Source: a virus. Taken from it: a stretch of 64,000 nucleotides of DNA. Position 1 is the first letter of the stretch. Each line of letters opens with the position of its first letter. The stretch covers positions 23,059 to 87,058 of the IMG/VR virus record IMGVR_UViG_3300007522_000367. One strand, 5' to 3'. The notes under the pieces are model-generated. The model worked only from the letters and a program-made list of their open reading frames with translations, was not told the DNA's origin and made no database searches. Shown here piece by piece: positions 17,557 to 27,458 of the stretch. Position numbers and translations under genes: made by a program.

Positions 17557-18730
17557 AATACTTCGATATCTCCATTGTGGCAAAACTTTGTTTTTTATAT
17601 GTGTCTTTTAATTTAGTTACTTCTATAAATTGTTTACTGTTATCTTCGTTAGTCGGTTGATTAATTTTATTTTTTACGTCTTTAAGAAACTTACTAAACT
17701 TTTTATTGTCTAACTCACTTAAAGTATTAATTTGTCTTAATGCTTCATCTTTAAGATCCTGCGGAACATTTCGCACATCTAAGTACGCAGGTGCATCCAA
17801 TGGAATAACATTAATATGGAAATTATATTGTTTAGCTAACTCTACTATATTTTTAATTTCAAGAATGTTATATGCTTGTAGTGTAAATGTAGTTGAAGTT
17901 ACCAACTGTTCAGTCTGCACTTTAGACAACTTTTGCAACTTACTGTTGACATCATTCCAATTTGCAGGATGTCTTATATATTCGAAAGTATCGCCTATAC
18001 CGTCTATACTACAAATAATGTTCACAAATTTAAATGCTTTAAATAGGCCAATCCATTCGTCATTTATTAGTGTTACATTTGTTATTATCATTAGATTAAT
18101 GTTTTTAGCAAAATCGTTATCAACACAATAGTCAATTAGTTTCTTTACGCTGGGAACCATTAGAGGTTCCCCGCCTGTAAATTTTAAATGACGCAACCCA
18201 TTTGCAATCATGTCTTTTATCGAATCTACAAACTCTTCTTGGAGATACCATTTGTTTTGAACAAAGGTTTTTTCGTGCTCGTCTAGTCCTAGATCAACAC
18301 CAGTTTCTTTAAGTATTTTTTGAAATTCATTTGCAACACCGCTACTACTATAACTATTGCACATTCTACAACTTAGGTTACAATAATTTCCTAATTTTAG
18401 ATCAAGTTCTACTGGATATTTTTTTGTTGTAGGAATGTCATCTACAAATTTATCCCAGATACCTTGATTCTTATAATTTTTAACAAACTGATCTCGTAAA
18501 CTAGATATTCCAGATTCTTCTTTTTTCCAACAACTTTTACAAATCTCTGGACGGTTGCCGGCCAACATTTCTTTCTTAACACCATCTCTTAGATCATTCC
18601 AGTGCTTGTCGAGATTGCCGATAAATTTATCTTTGTCCTGTGTAACAGCATTACAACATAAACGATTTTTCCCCATTGTGTTTACGCATAGGTGATCCCA
18701 TACAGCAGGACAAACGGTATCTAAATTCAT
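17543..18730 (-). CDS. N-terminal Twitch/SPASM-domain radical SAM protein
   Basis: VCPAVWDH..RLCC...ICKSC; CNLSCRMC; TGGEP. Confidence 0.9.
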   Translation of the reverse strand: MNLDTVCPAVWDHLCVNTMGKNRLCCNAVTQDKDKFIGNLDKHWNDLRDGVKKEMLAGNRPEICKSCWKKEESGISSLRDQFVKNYKNQGIWDKFVDDIPTTKKYPVELDLKLGNYCNLSCRMCNSYSSSGVANEFQKILKETGVDLGLDEHEKTFVQNKWYLQEEFVDSIKDMIANGLRHLKFTGGEPLMVPSVKKLIDYCVDNDFAKNINLMIITNVTLINDEWIGLFKAFKFVNIICSIDGIGDTFEYIRHPANWNDVNSKLQKLSKVQTEQLVTSTTFTLQAYNILEIKNIVELAKQYNFHINVIPLDAPAYLDVRNVPQDLKDEALRQINTLSELDNKKFSKFLKDVKNKINQPTNEDNSKQFIEVTKLKDTYKKQSFATMEISKYYDSI

Positions 18731-19605
18731 TTTATCTCTCTGAGAAACGTTAGTAACAGTCCCATTTTAGTTGTCCAATGATTATTCGGACGACCTTTAT
18801 TTGTTGCATGCAATTGCACAGCATCAAACACAATAGGAGCACGAGGTTTCCACTCGCAAGTTAGTTCAGGTGTTAATCCTGTTAAGCGTTTGTAAGGAGT
18901 GTAGTACAAATATTCATCGTAATGTTCTTTGTTATAGTTTATAAGATTTGATGTTTTATCTTGTACTGTGCCATCTAACAAATAAAAATTAATGTCAACA
19001 TGATTATCTACAATGGGATATGTTGTTGCAACAGTTTGTTCTGGTTTTTTACCGTGATGGTATACATGGGCAAAATCAACATGGCGCTGATCAAAAAACA
19101 CAGCATGGCTTTCTATGTTAGCAGGTGCAGTAAACAATGGAATAATAATATTACGCCAGGGTACATATTTGCGGCCCTTGTGATCTATAGGAGTTTTAGT
19201 TAAACTATTTTTCCAATCTGATTCTCTAGTACTATCGTTGTGTAACCCATACTGACTAGGCGTAATAAAGAAATTGCCTCCGACAACAGGTGATGTTTCT
19301 GCACCCGGTACCATTTGATTAATACGATCTGCAAACTTTTCGTATACTCCCTGTAGGTTACCGCTTATAAACATTGTACCGTTATCGTTGTGTCTTACTG
19401 TATTGCAACGACTAAATGCATATCCGTACATCCAACTAATTTCTTCTTCAGTAAATGCTTCATCAAATACTTCTGCTTTTTGAAAATGTTCTGCTATGTT
19501 TTGTTGTACGCTTGATTCCTTTAGATTAGCAAGCCAATGTTCATACTCAAGTTTATAACTTTTATGATTTGCAATGTCTTCTGCTCTATTAATATTCGCT
19601 AACAT
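18727..19605 (-). CDS. 2OG-Fe(II)-like oxygenase, paralog of 14440..15141
   Basis: GLHNDS..IIIPLF..FFDQ...FDAVQLHAT..KMGLLLTF. Confidence 0.62.
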   Translation of the reverse strand: MLANINRAEDIANHKSYKLEYEHWLANLKESSVQQNIAEHFQKAEVFDEAFTEEEISWMYGYAFSRCNTVRHNDNGTMFISGNLQGVYEKFADRINQMVPGAETSPVVGGNFFITPSQYGLHNDSTRESDWKNSLTKTPIDHKGRKYVPWRNIIIPLFTAPANIESHAVFFDQRHVDFAHVYHHGKKPEQTVATTYPIVDNHVDINFYLLDGTVQDKTSNLINYNKEHYDEYLYYTPYKRLTGLTPELTCEWKPRAPIVFDAVQLHATNKGRPNNHWTTKMGLLLTFLREIK

Positions 19606-21004
19606 TAAAAATATCTTTCATTTCAGGAAATGTTTCTGCAAAAGTATTTCCACGCTGATTATCACATAGTCCTAAAAACTCCTGCATCTCAGGCAAGCGT
19701 TGGCTCCAGTCTTCGCTCTCCATAAAGCTAAGTATGCCGTCAAGGCGTTTAATGCCATATTCTGCACTGCGGAATTTTTCATAATCTACTTTACCTTTGT
19801 GCCATTCTGGAATGCCTAACTCCCAGTTTGCTTCCCACCAAGGATACCATGCTTCGTATTTTACTCTACACTTAGCTTTAAAATCTGCAGGCAAACTTTT
19901 AACATTTAAATGTGCAGGCCAATATACAAAGTGCTGACTAATTCCGCCTGCACCAAATGGCCACATGTTAACTTTCTTAAACTTCTGCTCTAGCTTCCAT
20001 TGAATAAAGTCTGGCAAGTAATATACATTTAGTGCTTGTACTGCACATGCAATAGTAACTTCGACATTGTCACTAGTTTGTGTATCTAACAAATGGAATA
20101 CTTCTTCTTGACGACTCCACTTACTAGGATAACGAATGTAGTCATTCATTTCTTTGATACTGTCTATGCTGTAATGGAAACGTACTAACTTAAATTCTTT
20201 CCACAAGTCAAACAAATCATCCCGCCACTCAACACCGTTTGAATTGTAACGAAGTTCTAGATCTTTTGCATAACCCATTTTAATAGCGTATTCGAGTATC
20301 TCGTAGTGTTCTTCAATAATGAGACTTTCGCCGCCAGCAAAGTAAATCTGTTGCATACTAGGCATTTGCTCGTAAAACTGTTTCCAAAATGTAGGATTCT
20401 GTTTGTGCCAGTTATAACTACTGCCGTTAGTACTACCTTTATCCTGCCACTGCATAATTTCTTTAAGTGATTCATTTTTTACACTAGGAAAGATTGCTTT
20501 ATAATCTTTAATCCATCCACTACTGTCATGTGGGCTACACATAATACATGCAAGTTGACACTTTGTCCCAAACCGCAAATCAATGTATGCTAAGTTGGGC
20601 GGTACTTCGCCGTCGGGCTGTGTATCAGAAAGTATTTTATCAAGATCAACACGTTGACTCCAATAGTGTGTTTCCCACTGTCGCTTACTACGGTGCCCGG
20701 CTGCTTCTTCTTTATAACATTTTAAACAGCTAGGTGGCTTTTCGCCTGCAAGCATTTGTTTGCGTACATTTTTCATGTATTTGCTGTTCCATGCTGTTTC
20801 AAAGTCACTAACGTTTAAGTTGTTGGGTTTGCCGTCGTCTGTTTTAAGGATGCCCACTTGGCCACCATGTTCTTTGTCATTAGTAGCACCGACACTACTA
20901 GCGTTAGCAGTGCAGCATACTCGCATACTACCATCAGGTCTCGTACTAAGGTGTACCCACGGTAGAAGGCAAAACGTCTTTGAAGGATACTTTTTATCTG
21001 TCAT
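19589..21004 (-). CDS. N-terminal Twitch/SPASM-domain radical SAM protein
   Basis: FCLLPWVH..RVCC...SCLKC; CQLACIMC; AGGES. Confidence 0.9.
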   Translation of the reverse strand: MTDKKYPSKTFCLLPWVHLSTRPDGSMRVCCTANASSVGATNDKEHGGQVGILKTDDGKPNNLNVSDFETAWNSKYMKNVRKQMLAGEKPPSCLKCYKEEAAGHRSKRQWETHYWSQRVDLDKILSDTQPDGEVPPNLAYIDLRFGTKCQLACIMCSPHDSSGWIKDYKAIFPSVKNESLKEIMQWQDKGSTNGSSYNWHKQNPTFWKQFYEQMPSMQQIYFAGGESLIIEEHYEILEYAIKMGYAKDLELRYNSNGVEWRDDLFDLWKEFKLVRFHYSIDSIKEMNDYIRYPSKWSRQEEVFHLLDTQTSDNVEVTIACAVQALNVYYLPDFIQWKLEQKFKKVNMWPFGAGGISQHFVYWPAHLNVKSLPADFKAKCRVKYEAWYPWWEANWELGIPEWHKGKVDYEKFRSAEYGIKRLDGILSFMESEDWSQRLPEMQEFLGLCDNQRGNTFAETFPEMKDIFNVSEY

Positions 21005-21009
21005 GTAAG

Positions 21010-21016
21010 TACTTAT
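21010..21016 (-). promoter_or_regulatory. possible variant late promoter ATAAGTA, 5 nt before ATG
   Basis: ATAAGTA-cttac-ATG(21004); lies within the palindrome TAAGTACTTA. Confidence 0.35.
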
Positions 21017-22080
21017 TTGAACTGTTCTGCAAAAGGATCAAACTCGGATCCGCATTTCATAGCACATACTTTTAGTTTGCCGTCTGCACAACTAGACTTG
21101 CTCCAACTGCTTTGTATACTATCAAATATACCTGTGTCAAATACTGCTGCTAATCCGTTACGTGCATCTAACGCACCCTTATTAGGAATAAAGTCCCATA
21201 TCTGTTCTACCTTAGGATCTTTGTGCCACCATTTGTACATTCGCCCGGCTGTCCAACAACAAGGCAATGCTAGACCTTCTGCTGTAATGAACAAGCTATT
21301 GTCTTTCTTTACTTTACAAATAATAGGAGCTCTATCATAGTATGCATCCATACTATTATATTTCTTTTCTACTTTTTCTTGAGTCTTTAATGCATTATTT
21401 TGGTATTTAATATCAGGTTTTTTTAATTCTGCCGCCACTTTTCCTTTTTTGTCAACTGCTTGGTGCGATTCTTTTTTCTTTGAATCTTGTGTAATAAAAC
21501 GGCCTGTCTTTTTCTTCATAAACTTTTCGCAGCCCCACGCATTAGCAAGTGTTTCTGCTTCTTCAACTTGATGTTGGTTGTGTTCAAATATTAAAAAGTC
21601 CCAACGAGCTCTGCCGCCTGCACTAATAAACGCCTTCATGTTACGCTCTACATTGTCCCATACAACGCCTTGACGATAGATATGGTTAGTATCGCGTAAG
21701 CCGTCAACACTAAAAATAACGGCTCCTGTCCTTCCAAAAACTCCTGCAAGTTCTTTCCACCATTGTTCATTCTTTGCTCCTGCATTTGTATTCATGCTCA
21801 GCCACATGTTAGTATTGTGTTCACGGAAGTACTTGAATATTTCTAAGGTATCACGAGCAACAATAGGATCACCTAAGTTTCCACACATATACATTGTGTT
21901 AAGCTGTGCAATAAACTCTGGCAAGAATATTTTTTTGCAATCTTCTAATGAAAGTTCATCTAAGTTGATATGAGGGTTTATACCTTTGCCATTCATATTG
22001 CGGTCGCACATAGGACAACTAGCTTGACAATTTTGAGTTACTTCAAGATGAATTGCTTTTATATCTTCATACTTATACAT
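21013..22080 (-). CDS. radical SAM protein with C-terminal SPASM/Twitch domain
   Basis: CQASCPMC, CGNLGDP; C-terminal ICKV..FITAEGLALPCCW...VCAMKC. Confidence 0.88.
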   Translation of the reverse strand: MYKYEDIKAIHLEVTQNCQASCPMCDRNMNGKGINPHINLDELSLEDCKKIFLPEFIAQLNTMYMCGNLGDPIVARDTLEIFKYFREHNTNMWLSMNTNAGAKNEQWWKELAGVFGRTGAVIFSVDGLRDTNHIYRQGVVWDNVERNMKAFISAGGRARWDFLIFEHNQHQVEEAETLANAWGCEKFMKKKTGRFITQDSKKKESHQAVDKKGKVAAELKKPDIKYQNNALKTQEKVEKKYNSMDAYYDRAPIICKVKKDNSLFITAEGLALPCCWTAGRMYKWWHKDPKVEQIWDFIPNKGALDARNGLAAVFDTGIFDSIQSSWSKSSCADGKLKVCAMKCGSEFDPFAEQFK

Positions 22081-23023
22081 ATTTTATGTATTCTTCTATA
22101 GGAGGTTTTTTATGATTATTGCTATCTGGTATGCCAGCTTCGGCGTTATATACCGGGCAATGATATGTAAGAGCCTCAGATTTATAACCAATTCCTAAAT
22201 ATAATTGAGGATGTATTCCAATATCCTCGACCATGTCGTTATCATTTTGTATACAAGCACAAAATCCAACAGCCAATCCAACAGCAGGAGCAGCAAGACT
22301 AACATACATTGCTGCAAGCCCTATTTCAACTCCTGCTTCATAGAGATAGTAATTTTTATCAACTCCGTCTTGCGGAGTTCCTCTAATGCCAAAGGCAAGA
22401 ACATAAGGTGCAAGTACCTGAGGATTATATCTTGATTTTGGATTACCCGGATCTGCTTCAGTGCCTTTATACATCTTTTGTTGTAACTCAGGCAGCGTAT
22501 GTGTAGGAATAATACGCAAGTCATATCTAACTCGGCGTTGTTTACTTGGCACGTAGTTGTGTATACCTCTTACAATATCATCTATTAAATGCTGTTCAGG
22601 TATTTGATCTGTCCAATTATATGTATTGATTCTATTATTTGCGAGATATTCAAAAGACCCTAATTCATAAATTGGTTTATTTAAAATATTGTTTATTGTA
22701 ATAGATACTAAGCTATCAACTTCAACAGACGGACAAATTTCGTTTATCAAAGTATTAATTATTTTATAAGTTTTTACTTCAACATCAGTTGTTCTTAACT
22801 GAGACTTTCCTCTGTTCCAAAATCTACTGGTAATATTCTGTGTTCTAGTAGTATTAGTATTTTCTAAATCATATATCCATGCATCATACACATAACCAAT
22901 ATCTCTATAGCACTTTTCAAATTCAGTAGTACGATTAGGATAAGATTTTTTAATCCATTCTACTGATTGCTCAATTATAGATTTTTTATTTTCTTTTAAA
23001 ATTTTAATTATGTTCATTGTCAT
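22073..23023 (-). CDS. nitroreductase-family flavoprotein with an N-terminal helical domain
   Basis: C-terminal RINTYNW..PSKQ..APYVL..EIGLAAMYVSLAA..GLAVGFCAC..LGIGY; N-terminal KCYRDIGYVYDAWIYDL. Confidence 0.7.
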   Translation of the reverse strand: MTMNIIKILKENKKSIIEQSVEWIKKSYPNRTTEFEKCYRDIGYVYDAWIYDLENTNTTRTQNITSRFWNRGKSQLRTTDVEVKTYKIINTLINEICPSVEVDSLVSITINNILNKPIYELGSFEYLANNRINTYNWTDQIPEQHLIDDIVRGIHNYVPSKQRRVRYDLRIIPTHTLPELQQKMYKGTEADPGNPKSRYNPQVLAPYVLAFGIRGTPQDGVDKNYYLYEAGVEIGLAAMYVSLAAPAVGLAVGFCACIQNDNDMVEDIGIHPQLYLGIGYKSEALTYHCPVYNAEAGIPDSNNHKKPPIEEYIKYV

Positions 23024-23241
23024 TCCAGTACTAACACTACATCTTTGCCTGGACCTACTTTGCTAGGTAAGTCTCCATATTGCTCTACATACCATTTAAT
23101 AACCGCGGTGTACCAATTTTGACTATTATGATGTGCTTGTTTATTAAACTGATATATGTTATTGTTTGTAGCTTCCATAGTACTTATCGCACGGGCACTT
23201 TCGGTCTGGAGCTGTCTGAGTGTAAGATTACTTATATCCAA
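23020..23241 (-). CDS. small hypothetical protein
   Basis: 73 aa ORF overlapping both neighbours in the operon. Confidence 0.7.
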   Translation of the reverse strand: MDISNLTLRQLQTESARAISTMEATNNNIYQFNKQAHHNSQNWYTAVIKWYVEQYGDLPSKVGPGKDVVLVLE

Positions 23242-23989
23242 TTTTCATAAACCTAGTATAGTTGGAAAGAAATAATTCACCTTCAAATTTAACATCTGAC
23301 ATAGGAGCTGACTTACTAAATGTATCTAAGTCAGCACTACAATTTATATGATCTTCTATTTCAAAGTAATTGTTGCTTTGTAATACTACTAATTTGCCAT
23401 CCGGAATCTTTGAATACCATTCTTCGAAATTTTCTATGTGTTCGCAACTTGTGTTAATAATAGTATCAGGCGTATCAGCTAAAGGACACGTTGTTCCGTC
23501 AGCTCTAATTACTTCGTAGTTTTCGAACTCATAATTAATATCCATGATATCTTTTGTAGATGATTTAAATTGCCAGTTATCCTTAACCCACGGGTTATTA
23601 AATGTTTCAGCAATACTTCGGCAACTAGGATCAATGTCAAAACTTCTAACTTTATTTACTTTAATGTTACTTTCAAATAACATTGTAGCAAGTGTAGCAT
23701 ACCATCCTGCACACAAGAATACTGTGCCTAAATCAACTTTAAGTTCACTAAGTTCTTTTACTAACCATAGTTTGCTTTCTAGTTGTCCTCGGCTAAAACA
23801 GTCTGCATTAAAACTGTCATCGTCCTTATACTTACGCATACCTTCAATTAATTGACTGCCTGTTAATCCTTGTATAATTCTAAACAATGCAAACTTATCT
23901 TGACTTAATAAGGTTTTTCTAAGATCACTAAAGATAGAGTTATCCGGGTATAGTAATTCTAATCTATCTAGTATTTCAGCAATCTGCAT
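23228..23989 (-). CDS. class I SAM-dependent methyltransferase-like
   Basis: VFLCAGWYATL (motif I), RSFDIDP (motif II), IINTSCEH. Confidence 0.7.
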   Translation of the reverse strand: MQIAEILDRLELLYPDNSIFSDLRKTLLSQDKFALFRIIQGLTGSQLIEGMRKYKDDDSFNADCFSRGQLESKLWLVKELSELKVDLGTVFLCAGWYATLATMLFESNIKVNKVRSFDIDPSCRSIAETFNNPWVKDNWQFKSSTKDIMDINYEFENYEVIRADGTTCPLADTPDTIINTSCEHIENFEEWYSKIPDGKLVVLQSNNYFEIEDHINCSADLDTFSKSAPMSDVKFEGELFLSNYTRFMKIGYK

Positions 23990-24647
23990 TGTATTTCTCC
24001 TTAAGCCAGTTAAAGTCGTTTATCAACCCAAGATCAGCCCCGCTAGAAAGCCCGTACTTCCTGCCAGCACAAGCACCTTTAATAGCATATTCGCCGAAGG
24101 GAGCATCTCCTCCCACTGTTGTCCATATTTTGAGTCTTTCATTTGTTTCTTCCTCGTTTTGTCTATCTATTATTTTACTTGCAAGTTTAGTACATTCTCT
24201 AAATGCACTACGCCATGTACTAAATTCATCTACATTAAATGCAGTGATATTACTAACTTGCTCCATAGGAATAAATTTAGTACTGATGCTTGTGGTCATA
24301 TCTGGTTTACTAGTGTCCATGTGTAATGTTGCTATTCTAGGAAGCAATTTTACACCACCGTATCCGTATTCTAGATCATTAATAGGATTGCGGCTACGCC
24401 ATACATGTACAGCATCTTTATTAGTTCGGTTTGGAACATAAGAAAAATCAAAGTCATCTACAATAAGTGCATCGGCGTCAACAATCCATACCATATAAGT
24501 AAATGCTTTTTTTGCTGCTTCAATATGTGCTTGATGTATTCCTTTAACTCCGTGAACACGCATAGCCCACGGCACTTGTGCTTTTAGGTTGTTCCAGTTT
24601 ACATCAGCTTGGATTTCGTTATAACTTATAAAAATTACATCATACAT
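23976..24647 (-). CDS. glycosyltransferase-like (GT-A fold)
   Basis: YDVIFISYNE...RVHGVKGIHQAH...WIVDADA (DxD)...YGYGGVKL; start moved to ATG 24647. Confidence 0.65.
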   Translation of the reverse strand: MYDVIFISYNEIQADVNWNNLKAQVPWAMRVHGVKGIHQAHIEAAKKAFTYMVWIVDADALIVDDFDFSYVPNRTNKDAVHVWRSRNPINDLEYGYGGVKLLPRIATLHMDTSKPDMTTSISTKFIPMEQVSNITAFNVDEFSTWRSAFRECTKLASKIIDRQNEEETNERLKIWTTVGGDAPFGEYAIKGACAGRKYGLSSGADLGLINDFNWLKEKYNADC

Positions 24648-25992
24648 TGCTGTTCTCACATAGCTTGTAAAATTCTTTGTACTCTGGAAATACTTCTAAA
24701 AAGTTTTTATTTCTACGACGATCGTACTCATTTACAAATTGCACAAATCCAAATCTGTCTGCACTTACATTAATTTTCTTTTTGAAACGAGCAAGGCAAT
24801 CGTTGTATATTCTTTCTAATTTAAAAATCTCATCCATTTTAAATCGCTTGTTCTTTTTTCTTCGTTCGATCATAAAATCTATAGTAGTCTTTAGATATGT
24901 TTCAATCATTTCCTCAGTTGCAATTTTAATGTCAAGGAACTCTGGGTGCCTAACATATGCAAAATCCATAACTACTCGTTCGCCAAAGTCTCGTTTTAAT
25001 TTTTCTATATGACAAACAAACTTGTGGATTGTGGGCAAACTTAAAATATTAAATGCACTCATAAAACAAACCTTAATATCAGTAGTTTGTTCCAAAAAGT
25101 ATTTAATATTTGAATCAAATAATTTCCAATCCATTCCGTCTCTGCTGTATTCGGCTTGTCCTTTAACACTTTCTGCACTTGTATATAAACTAAATGATTT
25201 AATAGATTTTGAAACTTCTAATTCTTTTATAGAATTAACAAATTCTTTCCATAATAATTTTGGAGGACATGCATTACTGTTTATAGCAAAATCTAAATTA
25301 GGCTGAGGATTGTTAATTAAATATTGAATAACCCGTTTAGTGTGTTTACTTAATAACGGTTCGCCGCCTGTAATTCTGAATACGTGCATATGCTGTACTG
25401 CTTCAGGAAACCATTTCCAGAATGCTTCAATATACGGATTTTCTTCTCTTTCAAGAATAGGAATTTCTGTTTCCTTAATACTATTATAATGGTTGTTTTT
25501 TAATATGTAAGCACCATTTGCTTTTATTTCATCAGTCCATTTGCTACTAAATGCCGGGCCGCAGTATGTACATTTAAAATTACAAACGTTTGAGAAACTA
25601 ACTTCTACATATCTTGGATATATATTTTCGTCTCCTGTTGACGTGATTATTTTCTTTTTATCAGTCTGGCTCCATGTTTCAGAACTTTTAGTAATTCTAT
25701 CACTAAAGTTATTAGTATTATCTTCAATTCGCCAACAATAATCACATTCGGCAGGACGCTTGCCTGCAAGCATTTCTTTTCTAATTTCTTTTTTAAAATT
25801 AGTGTTATGTAATGCACTCGGATTAACTGCAAGTTCATCTAATGGAATTTTATGGGCACCTACATGATGACAACTATGTGTTATGCCAGATCCAAGATGC
25901 ATAGTTACTTGTGTCCATTTAGCCAGGCAAAATCCACAGCCAACAGCATCTAATTCTTTTTTAACTTGTGGTAAGGAATCTAAATTAATCAT
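24640..25992 (-). CDS. N-terminal Twitch/SPASM-domain radical SAM protein
   Basis: FCLAKWTQ..HSCHH...ECDYC; CNFKCTYC; TGGEPLL; YDRRRNKNFLEVFPE. Confidence 0.9.
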   Translation of the reverse strand: MINLDSLPQVKKELDAVGCGFCLAKWTQVTMHLGSGITHSCHHVGAHKIPLDELAVNPSALHNTNFKKEIRKEMLAGKRPAECDYCWRIEDNTNNFSDRITKSSETWSQTDKKKIITSTGDENIYPRYVEVSFSNVCNFKCTYCGPAFSSKWTDEIKANGAYILKNNHYNSIKETEIPILEREENPYIEAFWKWFPEAVQHMHVFRITGGEPLLSKHTKRVIQYLINNPQPNLDFAINSNACPPKLLWKEFVNSIKELEVSKSIKSFSLYTSAESVKGQAEYSRDGMDWKLFDSNIKYFLEQTTDIKVCFMSAFNILSLPTIHKFVCHIEKLKRDFGERVVMDFAYVRHPEFLDIKIATEEMIETYLKTTIDFMIERRKKNKRFKMDEIFKLERIYNDCLARFKKKINVSADRFGFVQFVNEYDRRRNKNFLEVFPEYKEFYKLCENSNV

Positions 25993-26900
25993 TCTGGATC
26001 AATTACAAATTGTTGTGCAGGATTTCTACTAGGATTTTGATATACTATTTTAAAGAATTTACTTTGTTGAGCACTTAATGGAGTTTCAGCAATTGGTATT
26101 TTTAACTCATTAATAAGTTTAATACCATACGTGTCTGTTTTGTGTTTAATATCTTCGATGCCTGCAAAGGAAGTAGTCCATAAGTCATTTAAATATTTAA
26201 AGTCTCTAACTTGAACAAAGTCCCAATCTGTACACATTGTCATATACAGACCCGCTCTTGCTCCTAATATAGCCCAGTCACCGTTTTGTACATCTGCACC
26301 TATCATTAACCAAATCCAAAGTCGGTGTAAGTTTTTCCAATGACCTTTTAATAACTGTTCTTTTGTAGGCTTTGCTCCTTGATCGAGTGCCATTTTAACA
26401 CCTTCGCGGAATCCAGCACGCCATGCTTGTTGTGCTGTAGTGTTGTTATGTACATCAGAGTAACAACTATTTTGTTGAATGTACTGTAAGTCCCAACAGA
26501 AGTCTACTTGAGCTGCTATATTATCAGCATCTGCATTTTCGTGTGTACGCATGTTAAGAACATATTCTTTGGGCCAGCATTTGAGACCGCCGTTGCCGTA
26601 CATCAATCCGTTAATTTCGTTTTTGCCACACCAACTAATAACACTAGATTCTAAATCACTGCCCTGCGGAATATCTAATATTTGTTCTAAAAAGCCAGGG
26701 CGTACAATATTGTCACCATCAACAGTAATAAAACGATCTGTTTCGCTTAATTCTGCACATGCTTTGTGTGCAGCATCTGAACCTTCTACACCGTGTACAC
26801 GTTTTGCCCACGGTGCTTTAGTAAGCAAGTCAGCATAGTTTTTTTCTGCATTGGGTTCGTCATATGACAGATAGATAATATCGTAATCAATAATTCTCAT
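25989..26900 (-). CDS. glycosyltransferase-like (GT-A fold), paralog of 23976..24647
   Basis: YDIIYLSYDE...RVHGVEGSDAAHK...TVDGDN (DxD)...YGNGGLKCW...AWRAGFREGVKM. Confidence 0.65.
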   Translation of the reverse strand: MRIIDYDIIYLSYDEPNAEKNYADLLTKAPWAKRVHGVEGSDAAHKACAELSETDRFITVDGDNIVRPGFLEQILDIPQGSDLESSVISWCGKNEINGLMYGNGGLKCWPKEYVLNMRTHENADADNIAAQVDFCWDLQYIQQNSCYSDVHNNTTAQQAWRAGFREGVKMALDQGAKPTKEQLLKGHWKNLHRLWIWLMIGADVQNGDWAILGARAGLYMTMCTDWDFVQVRDFKYLNDLWTTSFAGIEDIKHKTDTYGIKLINELKIPIAETPLSAQQSKFFKIVYQNPSRNPAQQFVIDPE

Positions 26901-27458
26901 TTATTGCTCCTGTACATTATGTATGTGTTTTACATGATGCTCGCTACACAAAAGGCTTACACGCTGTTTACACACTTCTACATTATAATTTTTTAATGTA
27001 ACCGTATCGCATAATGCAAGTGTTTTTAAATTAACTTGCAATGTATCTAATAGTATAAATCGATTGCTAGGATCAACTACATAGTACTCCTTAATATAAT
27101 TTTCTCCTTGTGCAAACATTGCACATACTATATCATCCATTGTACTTGTAGCTGTCCAAGTACAGTTAAACAAGTCTTGATTTAAAATAATTGCATTATG
27201 ATCTATTACTTGCTTAACAATAATACCCCTAGACTGTGCTCGGTCTTCTGCCTTGTCAATGTGTTTGAGTACAATGTGTATCTTACCTTTTATTTTTGCA
27301 TTTTCAATTACAATGTAATCTAATATTTGCTTGATGCCGTTTGAAAAGTCAGTATATGTTTGTAAATCAACTTCAATATAATATTCGCCAAAAGAATCGT
27401 CTGTTATATTAGCAACTGCTGTGATGTTACCGTCGTCGTTATAATAAATGTAATACAT
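26901..27458 (-). CDS. hypothetical protein
   Basis: 185 aa ORF, translationally coupled in the operon. Confidence 0.7.
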   Translation of the reverse strand: MYYIYYNDDGNITAVANITDDSFGEYYIEVDLQTYTDFSNGIKQILDYIVIENAKIKGKIHIVLKHIDKAEDRAQSRGIIVKQVIDHNAIILNQDLFNCTWTATSTMDDIVCAMFAQGENYIKEYYVVDPSNRFILLDTLQVNLKTLALCDTVTLKNYNVEVCKQRVSLLCSEHHVKHIHNVQEQ

